Positions 30,315 through 39,067 of a DNA stretch of 64,000 bases are shown in pieces; position 1 is the stretch's first letter; every line of letters begins with the position of its first letter. The DNA lies in the NCBI GenBank assembly GCA_015494465.1, contig WGBD01000001.1, forward strand, positions 116,477-180,476. Reading direction: 5' to 3'. Source of the stretch: Candidatus Omnitrophota bacterium (GTDB taxonomy: Bacteria > Omnitrophota > Gorgyraeia > S143-82). The position numbers and the translations under genes are program-made. Below the pieces are notes generated by a model, which saw only the letters and a program-made list of their open reading frames with translations, was not told where the DNA came from and did not search any database.

Positions 30315-31456
30315 TACCTTCTCTCTACCAGTTCCCGCCCCGCCCTTCCCATCTCCTGACGCAGTTGCCCATCTTTCAGGAGAATACACACCCGACGGGC
30401 GAACTCTTCGGGATCGTCCGCGATAACGATGTTTCTGTCTGGAGTGTAATCTATCCCCTCCGCACCCAAGCTGGTGGAGACCACCGCCCTACCGGCAGAC
30501 ATCGCCTCCAGTATCTTCAACCTGCTCCCACCGCCTATCCTCAACGGCACCACCACCACCGCGGAGCGGTAAACGTAATCCCGCACATCCCCCACTGCCC
30601 CGGTGATAACCACATCCTCGCCCTCATACCTGCGCAACCTCGCGGATGGCGAACGGCCTACCACATAGAATCTCACCCCCGGGCACTCCCTTTTTACGAG
30701 GGGCCAGATCTCGGAGAGGAAGTAGAGGACGCCGTCTTCGTTGGGTAGCCAGTCCATAGAACCGACGAATACCAGGTCCCTCTCCTGACCGGTATAGGGC
30801 CGATAGGCCCAGAAGTCCCCGTCCACGCCGTTGGGCACCACCTTGACCCTTTCCGGAGACAGTCCCATTTGCAAAAACAGGTCCCTGTCCTCCTCGGAGA
30901 CCGTCCACACCTCGTTCATCTCCCTGCTAATGTTCGCCTCCCACCTGCGCAAGAGATTCGCGTGATGTCCTGCAATAGCAGAAAGGGGCCAGACTAACTC
31001 CTCACCCGCCCGGGCGGATATCACCCATTCCACATTGTGGGCGTCCATACGCAAGAGCGCTCTGTTGGAGAGATCCTTCAAGAGCAAACCGTACTGGGCG
31101 GTGTGGAGGTGATCGAAGTGGATCACCTCGGGAGCAAACTCGTCTAGGAGAGAAAGTAATCGCCTCAGGAGCGGACCCAGACGATACTTGCCCAGCACGA
31201 AGGGGTAACCCAGCGCGAATGACAGGATGCCCTTCAGGGTGGCAGTTGGCCCCACCTTTACCGCCTCCGTTCTGGCTAGACGGAGTTCCTCTTTGAGACG
31301 GAGGAGATCAGCGGTGTCCTCGGGGGAAAAACACAGAGAAAGTACGGCGGTTTCCCCTCTCTGGGATATCAAACGAAGCAGGTGATAGGTGCGAATCTTC
31401 CCCCCGGTATCTAAGGGATAAGGGGGACGAGGCGTCACGACCAAAGTGCGAGGCAT
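30293..31456 (-). CDS. family 4 (GT-B) glycosyltransferase
   Basis: GGSRLKILEAMSAGRAVVST motif; N-terminal Glyco_trans_4-like domain. Confidence 0.75.
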   Translation of the reverse strand: MPRTLVVTPRPPYPLDTGGKIRTYHLLRLISQRGETAVLSLCFSPEDTADLLRLKEELRLARTEAVKVGPTATLKGILSFALGYPFVLGKYRLGPLLRRLLSLLDEFAPEVIHFDHLHTAQYGLLLKDLSNRALLRMDAHNVEWVISARAGEELVWPLSAIAGHHANLLRRWEANISREMNEVWTVSEEDRDLFLQMGLSPERVKVVPNGVDGDFWAYRPYTGQERDLVFVGSMDWLPNEDGVLYFLSEIWPLVKRECPGVRFYVVGRSPSARLRRYEGEDVVITGAVGDVRDYVYRSAVVVVPLRIGGGSRLKILEAMSAGRAVVSTSLGAEGIDYTPDRNIVIADDPEEFARRVCILLKDGQLRQEMGRAGRELVERRYTWRIPD

Positions 31457-31459
31457 AAC

Positions 31460-33454
31460 CTAAAACCAGATCCTCCCCACCTGATACACCAACACGCTCA
31501 ATATCCAGCCCACCGCTATCGTGTATAGCGTAGAGATAACGGCCCAGCGCCAGCCCAACTCCTTTTTAATCACTGCAATAGTGGCCACGCAGGGGATGTA
31601 GAGGAGGGTCATAACCAAAAAAGACAGCGCGGATAGTCGAGAGAAGTAGAAGGGCAGGACGGTCCTCAGAGCACTCTCCTTCCCGCCTGACAGAAGCGTC
31701 CCCAAGGTGCCCACCACGACCTCCTTGGCCACCACGCCGAACACCAGTGCCACCGCTGCCTGCCAGAAGCCAAACCCCGCCGGGGAAAACACCGGGGCCA
31801 TCGCAGTCCCCATCCTGCCCAGAAGGGAATCCTTGGCACCGTACTCCACCCCCGGCGGAAGGGACGCCAGGAGCCACACCAGTATCACCGCTGCCAATAT
31901 CACCGTCCAGGCCTTGCGTATGAACTCGTAGGTCCTTATCCATGAGAACTTGAGCACCACCCGGGCCGATGGGACCCTGTAAGGTGGCATCTCCATTATG
32001 AGGAGGCTATCCTGGCCCTTGAACAGGATACGGTTCAGGACCATCGCGGATACCACTCCCACCCCGATTCCCAGGAGATAGAGGCCAAAGACCACCAGAT
32101 TCTCCTTCCCCGGGAAGAAGACCGAGGCAAAGAGGACATACACCGGCAGACGGGCAGAGCAACTCATAAACGGTATTATAAGGGTGGTGATTATCCTGTC
32201 CTTCTCGTTGGACAGGGTGCGGGTGGCCATAATCGCAGGGACATTGCAACCAAATCCTATGAGCATCGGGATAAAGGACTTTCCGTGCAGACCCAAGCGG
32301 TGCATAAACTTGTCCATTATAAACGCAGCCCGGGCAAGGTAGCCCGAGTCCTCCAGCACCGAGATGAAGAGATTCAGGAAGAATATGTTGGGCACGAATA
32401 CGAGTATGGATCCTACCCCGTCCAGCACCCCATCGGTCAGGAAGGAGACCAACAACTCCGGTGCACCCAAAGAGGAGAGGAATACCCCGAGCCAACCGCT
32501 CAGGGCGGACATAGCGGATTCTATTGCGTCCACGAACGGCTGAGCCACTTTGAACACACCGGTGAACACCCCGTACATAACCAAAAGGAACAACGGTATC
32601 CCGACGATGCGATTGGTGATGACCCTATCTACATACTCGGTAAAGGCCAGTCTCTGATTGAGGTCCACCACCCTGCGCAGGGACTCCCTCAACAACGCCT
32701 TGATAAACCCATACCTGCGTTCTGCTATGAAGACCGCCAGGTTGTGGGAATACTCCCCACGCAGGTCCTCCCGCGCCCTTGCAAGGTGCTCCCGCACCTC
32801 AGGGGAAAGCATTGCAATAGCGTCCTCCTCCCCCTCCAGGAAGGCCAAGGCCAAGAACCGATTGAGGCCCATCCGCTCGGCCTCTTGGAGAAAGGACTCC
32901 ACCTCCGGCCCGTAATCAACCCGCAGTAGCCCCACAGAAGGATGCGCCTCCAGGCAGACCGCTATGGCCCTCTTCAGGTCATCTATGCCCTTGCCCTGAT
33001 TGCCCACCGTCTTGACGACCCCGCAGGCACCGACTATCCGGGCAAAGACCCTCTCGTCCAGATCCGCGCCCAACTTCTCCATCTCGTCCCACATGTTCAG
33101 GGCCACCACCACCGGCAGGCCCATCTCCCTTATCTGGACCAGGAGGTAGAGGTTCCGCTCGAGGTTGGAGGCGTCTATGACCACGACGACGAGGTCGACC
33201 TCCTCCTTCAAGAGAAAGTCCCGGGCAATCTTTTCGTCTAAAGAGAAGGCGCTCAGTCCGTATATACCCGGCAGGTCCACGAGGCGGACCTTCTCCTCCC
33301 CCACCAGAAAGGTCCCTTCCACCAACTCCACCGTGGTGCCGGGCCAGTTCCCGACCTGCTCCTCCCCGCCGGTTAGGGCATTGAAGATGGTGGTCTTGCC
33401 TGCATTGGGATTGCCTGCCAGTACGACCGTCTTCATGTCTAACTCCCTGCTCAA
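31460..33454 (-). CDS. feoB: ferrous iron transport protein B
   Basis: Intact G-domain with G1 GNPNAGKTT, G3 DLPG and G4 NMWD, plus Gate motifs; 664 aa. Confidence 0.9.
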   Translation of the reverse strand: MSRELDMKTVVLAGNPNAGKTTIFNALTGGEEQVGNWPGTTVELVEGTFLVGEEKVRLVDLPGIYGLSAFSLDEKIARDFLLKEEVDLVVVVIDASNLERNLYLLVQIREMGLPVVVALNMWDEMEKLGADLDERVFARIVGACGVVKTVGNQGKGIDDLKRAIAVCLEAHPSVGLLRVDYGPEVESFLQEAERMGLNRFLALAFLEGEEDAIAMLSPEVREHLARAREDLRGEYSHNLAVFIAERRYGFIKALLRESLRRVVDLNQRLAFTEYVDRVITNRIVGIPLFLLVMYGVFTGVFKVAQPFVDAIESAMSALSGWLGVFLSSLGAPELLVSFLTDGVLDGVGSILVFVPNIFFLNLFISVLEDSGYLARAAFIMDKFMHRLGLHGKSFIPMLIGFGCNVPAIMATRTLSNEKDRIITTLIIPFMSCSARLPVYVLFASVFFPGKENLVVFGLYLLGIGVGVVSAMVLNRILFKGQDSLLIMEMPPYRVPSARVVLKFSWIRTYEFIRKAWTVILAAVILVWLLASLPPGVEYGAKDSLLGRMGTAMAPVFSPAGFGFWQAAVALVFGVVAKEVVVGTLGTLLSGGKESALRTVLPFYFSRLSALSFLVMTLLYIPCVATIAVIKKELGWRWAVISTLYTIAVGWILSVLVYQVGRIWF

Positions 33455-33509
33455 GTTAGGGTATTGACCTTAAATTATAAGCCCATCCGGGCATCTTCAC
33501 CACCGGATT

Positions 33510-35219
33510 TTAGGAATAGACCTCGACCGTGGTTATGGCGTTGTGGCGCTTGCGGAATCGGAGAACACGCTCTAAGAGTTCCCTGCGCAAAGAGGGCTCT
33601 CCCTTCCCCATCTGCAGGTCGAGGTTCCAGTAGTACTGGTCGCGCTTCTTCTTCTCCACCGGCTGATAGGGGCCGTAGACCTGACAGGTGCTTCCGGGGT
33701 GGGCCTTTATGAGGTCTGCTATTTCCTCGTGCAGGCGCCGGGCCTTCTCCAGTGCCTCGGAGGAACGCGGAGCCCTTATGGAGATGCAGACCAACTCCCC
33801 ATAAGGTGGCAGGTTTGCCTTGCGGAGGGTCTCGTCGTAGCGCTTTAGATAGGACTCCACATTCGCTATCTCGGGGAATCTCGTCCGGACATACAGGCGT
33901 CGACAGTGATGGCTGGCGGAGGCAATAAAGTCCACCGCAAGTCTCGGAGAATAGAACTTGTCCACACCCAGGACATTGTCCACGCCCAGGAGTAACCCGA
34001 TGTCGTACCTGCCCTCTACCCCCTGCCAGTGGCGGAGGACATCAACCGTCTCCATCAGTCTTTTGCGGATTACCTGTTCCCAGCGCTCCACCCCCATAGA
34101 CGAGATGCGCACCGACAGGGACCCGCACCTCAGACACTTGCCGTCCCAAACGACAGTGCCATTGCATCCCGGACAGAACAGCCGATCCCCACCATCCCTA
34201 CGGATCAGCATGTAAGGACGGTCGCAGCGCTCACACCTCAGGACCTCCTTGCAGGCAGAACAGCGCAACAATTTGGCATATCCCTTGCCGAGTAGGAATA
34301 TTGCGCACCTTCCCCCAGTTGCGCTGACCTTCTTCATCTCCTCCTCGACGAAAGCAGGTATCAGGGGATGGGAGCGCGCATCCACACCTACGATCTCGCA
34401 GTCAGGACTCGGAGATACCCTGTGAAAGCAGAACTCTCCCGCGGAGTGCCTTGCCCTTATCTCCATCGCCTTTATCAGACTATACTTCGGCGTAACCTCC
34501 TGCCTGTGGATGTCCAGGTAGGCCAGTTCCACCAAGACCAATTCCGGGGAGAGGATAGGCCAGAAGGCCAACTGGCGGGTACCTATCAATATGGCAGGGG
34601 CACGACTCAGCCCCTCAATGATACGCCTCAAGACCGACTTTCCTATCCCCTGATAAAACACGAAGACCTCTTTATCGGGAAACCTCCCGCTGAGGAGTTT
34701 CTGCAATTCCCAGGCCCGTTCCTTGTTATCGGTTATCCAGAGGACCTGACGCCAGTCTTTTTTGGAGATCCTTTCTATCCCCTGTTCCCTGAAGTGGACC
34801 AAAGATCCGGAGACGGACCGGACGATGGCCCTGCCTCCGCCTCCCCGGGCATCGTCGGGTATAAATCGATCCCACCTGCCCGACCTCAACTCCTTGGGCA
34901 GGCCCGCGACCGCCATCTCCCCCGGACCAACCCAAAAGGCATCCGCACACTCCTTCAGATAGGCGATGTCCCGCTCCGAATACCACCTTCCCCCCTCGTC
35001 GAGTAGGCGGAGCACATCTCTGGTCCTTCCCCTCCACTCCCCACCCAACCTATCCACGATGCCCAGGACCCGCCTCTTCCCAAAAGGCACCCAGATCCTG
35101 TTGCCCGTCCGGAGAGGCAGGTGGCTCACATAGTCAAAGACGGTGTTTAGGGGTACATCTATCAGAGCGGTGATATGGACGGGAAGGTCGTTGGCCTCAG
35201 ATAGTTCCCCACCAGCCAT
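33510..35219 (-). CDS. PriA-like primosomal protein N' homolog with degenerate helicase motifs
   Basis: The PriA 3'-DNA-binding N-terminus (VPLNTVFDYVSHLPLRTGNRIWVPFGKRRVLGIV) and the C-terminal CxxC Zn-binding insert (CSACKEVLRCERCD...CPGCNG...CLRCGS) are present. Walker A GxxGSGKT is replaced (ITDNKERA) and no DEEH Walker B is recognisable. Confidence 0.55.
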   Translation of the reverse strand: MAGGELSEANDLPVHITALIDVPLNTVFDYVSHLPLRTGNRIWVPFGKRRVLGIVDRLGGEWRGRTRDVLRLLDEGGRWYSERDIAYLKECADAFWVGPGEMAVAGLPKELRSGRWDRFIPDDARGGGGRAIVRSVSGSLVHFREQGIERISKKDWRQVLWITDNKERAWELQKLLSGRFPDKEVFVFYQGIGKSVLRRIIEGLSRAPAILIGTRQLAFWPILSPELVLVELAYLDIHRQEVTPKYSLIKAMEIRARHSAGEFCFHRVSPSPDCEIVGVDARSHPLIPAFVEEEMKKVSATGGRCAIFLLGKGYAKLLRCSACKEVLRCERCDRPYMLIRRDGGDRLFCPGCNGTVVWDGKCLRCGSLSVRISSMGVERWEQVIRKRLMETVDVLRHWQGVEGRYDIGLLLGVDNVLGVDKFYSPRLAVDFIASASHHCRRLYVRTRFPEIANVESYLKRYDETLRKANLPPYGELVCISIRAPRSSEALEKARRLHEEIADLIKAHPGSTCQVYGPYQPVEKKKRDQYYWNLDLQMGKGEPSLRRELLERVLRFRKRHNAITTVEVYS

Positions 35220-35508
35220 CGTAGAACTGTTTGAGATGACGATAGGTCTCCTCGTCCCAGACCTGCCTCTTTACATCCTCTTCCCTGAACGAGAAACGAT
35301 AGTTCTCACAGTACTTAAGGAGCAAGTCGTAGGCAAGAGAAAGGCGCTTGTATTCCTCCTCGCAGGTCTCTTTGGACTCCTTGCACTTATCCGGATGGTA
35401 TCTCCGGGCAAGGCGTCGGAAGGCCTGTCTTATCTCCTCTAAGGTGGCAGATTCGCCCAAGCCCAACAGACGCCTTGCCCAGTCTATCTGTTCGTAGTCT
35501 ACCTGCAT
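35197..35508 (-). CDS. J-domain (DnaJ-like) protein
   Basis: RRYHPDKC (HPD motif) within a J-domain helix pattern; 103 aa. Confidence 0.7.
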   Translation of the reverse strand: MQVDYEQIDWARRLLGLGESATLEEIRQAFRRLARRYHPDKCKESKETCEEEYKRLSLAYDLLLKYCENYRFSFREEDVKRQVWDEETYRHLKQFYDGWWGTI

Positions 35509-35517
35509 CTTACGGGA

Positions 35518-35841
35518 TTACTCTATCCCCCACTGGGCAAGGTGCTGTTTCAGCATCTCCTTGGGCATCGCGCCCACCACCTTGCCCACCGGGCTCCCAC
35601 CCCTGAACAGGATAAGGGTGGGGATGCTCATTATCCCATAACTACTGGCCACTATGGGATTCTCGTCCACATTGACCTTGACCACCTTCAACTTCCCCGC
35701 GTACTCCTGGGCGATCTCCTCCAGGATAGGGGCAATTATCCGGCACGGCCCACACCAAGGGGCCCAGAAGTCCACCAAAACCGGGATCTCAGAATTAAGC
35801 ACCTCCTGAGAGAACTGGGCATCTGTGACCTCGATTGCCAT
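35518..35841 (-). CDS. trxA: thioredoxin
   Basis: WAPWCGPC active site; 107 aa. Confidence 0.85.
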   Translation of the reverse strand: MAIEVTDAQFSQEVLNSEIPVLVDFWAPWCGPCRIIAPILEEIAQEYAGKLKVVKVNVDENPIVASSYGIMSIPTLILFRGGSPVGKVVGAMPKEMLKQHLAQWGIE

Positions 35842-35868
35842 GTCTTACCTCCTTTACCGATTTTGCCT

Positions 35869-36093
35869 CTAGCTCAATCCACAAGTTCCCCCTGGACAAC
35901 AGGTGGGACAACTACCGCCAAAACTTGTTCCACCATCTAAAGAGGTATTTCCCACTGAAAATGTGCTGAGCAACCTCTCTACATCCTTACTCCCGCATTG
36001 CGGACACACCACTTCTTCCTTGGCAGAGACGCTCTTGTGCAGAAACTCAAACTCCTTATTGCACTTTTTACATCGATACCTGTATATCGGCAT
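35869..36093 (-). CDS. FmdB-family zinc-ribbon regulatory protein
   Basis: MPIYRYRCKKCNKEFE...CPQCGS, then a Gly/Cys-rich tail CPTCCPGGTC. Confidence 0.7.
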   Translation of the reverse strand: MPIYRYRCKKCNKEFEFLHKSVSAKEEVVCPQCGSKDVERLLSTFSVGNTSLDGGTSFGGSCPTCCPGGTCGLS

Positions 36094-36099
36094 CCGTCA

Positions 36100-36429
36100 T
36101 CACCTCCTTATACACCGGTTTAAACAATCCATTATATCAAGAACATGCTCATTTTTTATGAAATAATACACATTCCTCCCCTGCCTCACGCTCCCCAACA
36201 CGCCCGCCCTGACCAACTTCCTGAGATAGGCAGACATCACCGCCTGCCTTACGCTCAACGCCTTACAGATTTCTGAGACGGTAAGGCCCCTCTCCTTTCC
36301 CCGCAACAGCTCGACCACCGCCAAGCGGATGGGATTCGCCAAGACCTTCAAGAAGCGCTCCAATTCCCTATACTGCCTTACCCTGTCTAATAGGAACCTA
36401 TTTGGAGTCAGTGCTGGATTGCGTCTCAT
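36100..36429 (-). CDS. ArsR/SmtB-family HTH transcriptional regulator
   Basis: LANPIRLAVVELL...LTVSEICKALSVRQAVMSAYLRKL is a winged-helix ArsR signature. Its 5' end overlaps the upstream MMPL stop, so the start is uncertain. Confidence 0.65.
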   Translation of the reverse strand: MRRNPALTPNRFLLDRVRQYRELERFLKVLANPIRLAVVELLRGKERGLTVSEICKALSVRQAVMSAYLRKLVRAGVLGSVRQGRNVYYFIKNEHVLDIMDCLNRCIRR

Positions 36430-38941
36430 CTATCTTACACCTGGCAGACCTGCAGATCCCCAACCTACCCATCGCAGGGCACATACTCATCATCACCGCT
36501 ACCACGAGTATGCTTAGGTAAATGGTCTTGGACCAGCCAACCGCAGTGTATCCCGCGAGGACATAGGCAATGGAAAACCCTACCGAAAGGGCAATGAGGA
36601 AACAGTACCTCGGATCGCAGACCAGACCGCCCATTATCTCCTCAAATATCACCCTCGGCACCAGAGAGATTATCGCAGGCAACAGCACCAAGGTTATCAC
36701 ACTTGAGGCAGCCATTATAGTGAACATAAAGAACCCAACCGTTTTATAGGGCACTAACGGGGCTGCCAACAGAGGTAAGAAGCCAATGGCTATCACCAAG
36801 GCATTCTTCACTATGGCCCGGGCGGGAGAGCCGAACATCTCGTCAAGGGTCTGACGCCAATTCCCTATACGGTGATAACTTGCCCTTGCCCGCTGGATAA
36901 AGTGAATCGCGAAGTCTATGGAAAGGCCCAAGGTAAGGGCGGAAAGGACCGCTACCGGCATGTCGTATTCCTTGCCAATCCATCCCAAGAGGCCGTAGAT
37001 AAACACGATGGTGATGGTGAGCGGAACCATAGAGATCCAAGCCCTTATCGGCGAACGGAACAGGAACATCATCATAAACAGGACGATGAAGAAACTGCCC
37101 AGGAAGTTCTTGAGCATACCTATCACCATCTTGTTCTGCCAGATCATGTTGATGTAGGTCAGGCCCGCCCAATTCGCCTTCATCTCAACCGGAGGCTTGT
37201 GCTCGGACATAAATCGGTCCACTGCCTTAACCACCGCTTCCATGTCCTTGTTGTCACCCCGCTTCAGCTGGATCCAGACATTAAGCTTCTTGTAATCCGG
37301 GGTGGCGAAGTGCCACAGGTCGTCGGGCTTGTGAGAGTTCTCGAAGGAGATAAGGCACTGGGCCACCGCCCTTGAGGTGGAAGGTATGCGGTAATAGGAC
37401 CTGTCTCCACCCAGCAACTCCATGTATATCTTCTTTACGATGTCCGCTAGAGAGGAACTCTTTCCAACCACCCCTTTTTCTTTTAGATAATCCTGCAGAG
37501 ATTCCACATACCTCAGCAGTTCCGGGGACTTGAACGCCCCTTCCCTGCCCGTATCCAGAACCAGATAGGCAGCGTAGGTGCCCGCAAAGTGCCTGTTTAG
37601 GACCTCATCCGCAATCCTTATCTCGTGCTTCTTTGTGAACCACTTGACCGGGTTGTCGTTCACCTCTATCTTGAGGATCCCTATGATCGAGAATACCACC
37701 AGCACCCCCGCCAAGAAGATGATGAGCTTGTTGTAGTTCATCGTAAAGTGGCCCAAGGCCTTCAGGAATCCCCGGGCGGACTCTCCCCCTCTGGCCCCGA
37801 AATTCACGAACCTCTTCTCCGGCATGAGGGCTATGTAAGCAGGGATAAAGGTGATCGTGAGGACCCAGGCGATCATCACACCTATCGCCACGAAGACCCC
37901 AAAGACCTGTACCGGAGGGATGGGGGAAAACGACAAAGAAAAGAAACCAACCGCGGATGTGAGGGAGGTGTACAGCATCGGCACGAATAACTCGTCCATT
38001 ACCTCGAGGACCGTTTGTTTCTTATCCCTTATGTGCCTGTACTTGTCAAAGAACTCGCTGAGTATGTGTACCGAATCCAAGACCGCTATGGGCATGAGAA
38101 ATACCGGTATCATAGAACTCATTATGTGCACCGGGAAGCCCAATCCGATAAGCAGACCCATGGTTATCAACACCGTAAATATGGCCATTATCATCGGAGA
38201 GAGGATCAACTGCAGACTGCGGAAGAAGATGAACATAAGGGTGAATATCACCAGGGCCGCCAGCGGTGCGGAGATCGCCATCTGCCGGAACATCTCCACA
38301 CCAAAGGTGTCCTCTGCCACCGGCAGGCCGGTGATGTAGTACTTCTCATCGCCCGGATACTTGCTTATTATCTTCTTTATCTCCTGTGAAACCCGATAAC
38401 TTATGTTCTTGGCCTTGATGGGCACATATATGCACAGGGCCTTGCCGTCTTCGGAGACCATCGTCCCCTTGAATAAGGGGTTATCCATGGCCTCGTCCCG
38501 GATGCGCAGGGCCTCTTTTTCGGTCTTTATTGGCCCCTTCATAAGCCATTCAAAGACCACCTCTCCGATCCCGCCCTGACGGATGTTGTCTTTGGTCGAG
38601 GGGGCAATTATCTCCCTGCGTATCACCCCGTCTATCTTCTTTATCCCTTCGGTAATGTGATAGATCTTGTTTAGTGTATCCACATTGAACACGCCGTTGG
38701 GGTGCTTGTCGTTGACGATACCCAATACGATGAAGTCGTATATGTTGAATTCCTTTTTGACCTTGTGATGGAATACCCGGGCGGGCTCGTCGGACCGGAG
38801 CATGTTTTCCGGATCCGTATCCACCTTTATCTTGGGATACTGGATTACAGCCAAGACAGTGGCAAGCAAAACCGCTCCTATAATCGCCCACGGCCTGGAC
38901 ATGGAGAAGACGATCCACTTCCTAAAGACCCGCTCGTACAT
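36398..38941 (-). CDS. RND-superfamily MMPL-type exporter (12 TM, two periplasmic loops)
   Basis: 847 aa with duplicated 6-TM plus large-loop architecture and SSD-like TM blocks. Confidence 0.75.
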   Translation of the reverse strand: MYERVFRKWIVFSMSRPWAIIGAVLLATVLAVIQYPKIKVDTDPENMLRSDEPARVFHHKVKKEFNIYDFIVLGIVNDKHPNGVFNVDTLNKIYHITEGIKKIDGVIRREIIAPSTKDNIRQGGIGEVVFEWLMKGPIKTEKEALRIRDEAMDNPLFKGTMVSEDGKALCIYVPIKAKNISYRVSQEIKKIISKYPGDEKYYITGLPVAEDTFGVEMFRQMAISAPLAALVIFTLMFIFFRSLQLILSPMIMAIFTVLITMGLLIGLGFPVHIMSSMIPVFLMPIAVLDSVHILSEFFDKYRHIRDKKQTVLEVMDELFVPMLYTSLTSAVGFFSLSFSPIPPVQVFGVFVAIGVMIAWVLTITFIPAYIALMPEKRFVNFGARGGESARGFLKALGHFTMNYNKLIIFLAGVLVVFSIIGILKIEVNDNPVKWFTKKHEIRIADEVLNRHFAGTYAAYLVLDTGREGAFKSPELLRYVESLQDYLKEKGVVGKSSSLADIVKKIYMELLGGDRSYYRIPSTSRAVAQCLISFENSHKPDDLWHFATPDYKKLNVWIQLKRGDNKDMEAVVKAVDRFMSEHKPPVEMKANWAGLTYINMIWQNKMVIGMLKNFLGSFFIVLFMMMFLFRSPIRAWISMVPLTITIVFIYGLLGWIGKEYDMPVAVLSALTLGLSIDFAIHFIQRARASYHRIGNWRQTLDEMFGSPARAIVKNALVIAIGFLPLLAAPLVPYKTVGFFMFTIMAASSVITLVLLPAIISLVPRVIFEEIMGGLVCDPRYCFLIALSVGFSIAYVLAGYTAVGWSKTIYLSILVVAVMMSMCPAMGRLGICRSARCKIDETQSSTDSK

Positions 38942-38975
38942 AGCAACCTCCCTCTTCTTTTCTCAACCAAAACAT

Positions 38976-39038
38976 ATTGGAATTAATATATATCAAAATT
39001 GGAATATGTCAAGCCTAACACCAAGATTGTGCTATAAT
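38976..39038 (+). promoter_or_regulatory. divergent promoter/operator region: direct repeat ATTGGAAT(AT) x2 (38976-38983, 38998-39005) and an extended -10 TGcTATAAT (39030-39038)
   Basis: AT-rich 126-nt intergenic region between the divergent MMPL gene (minus) and the membrane-protein gene (plus). Two 8-10 nt direct repeats lie 22 nt apart, and a -10 sits about 30 nt from the ATG at 39068. Confidence 0.35.
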
Positions 39039-39067
39039 TTACCCAGAATCATTAAACAGACAAGATC

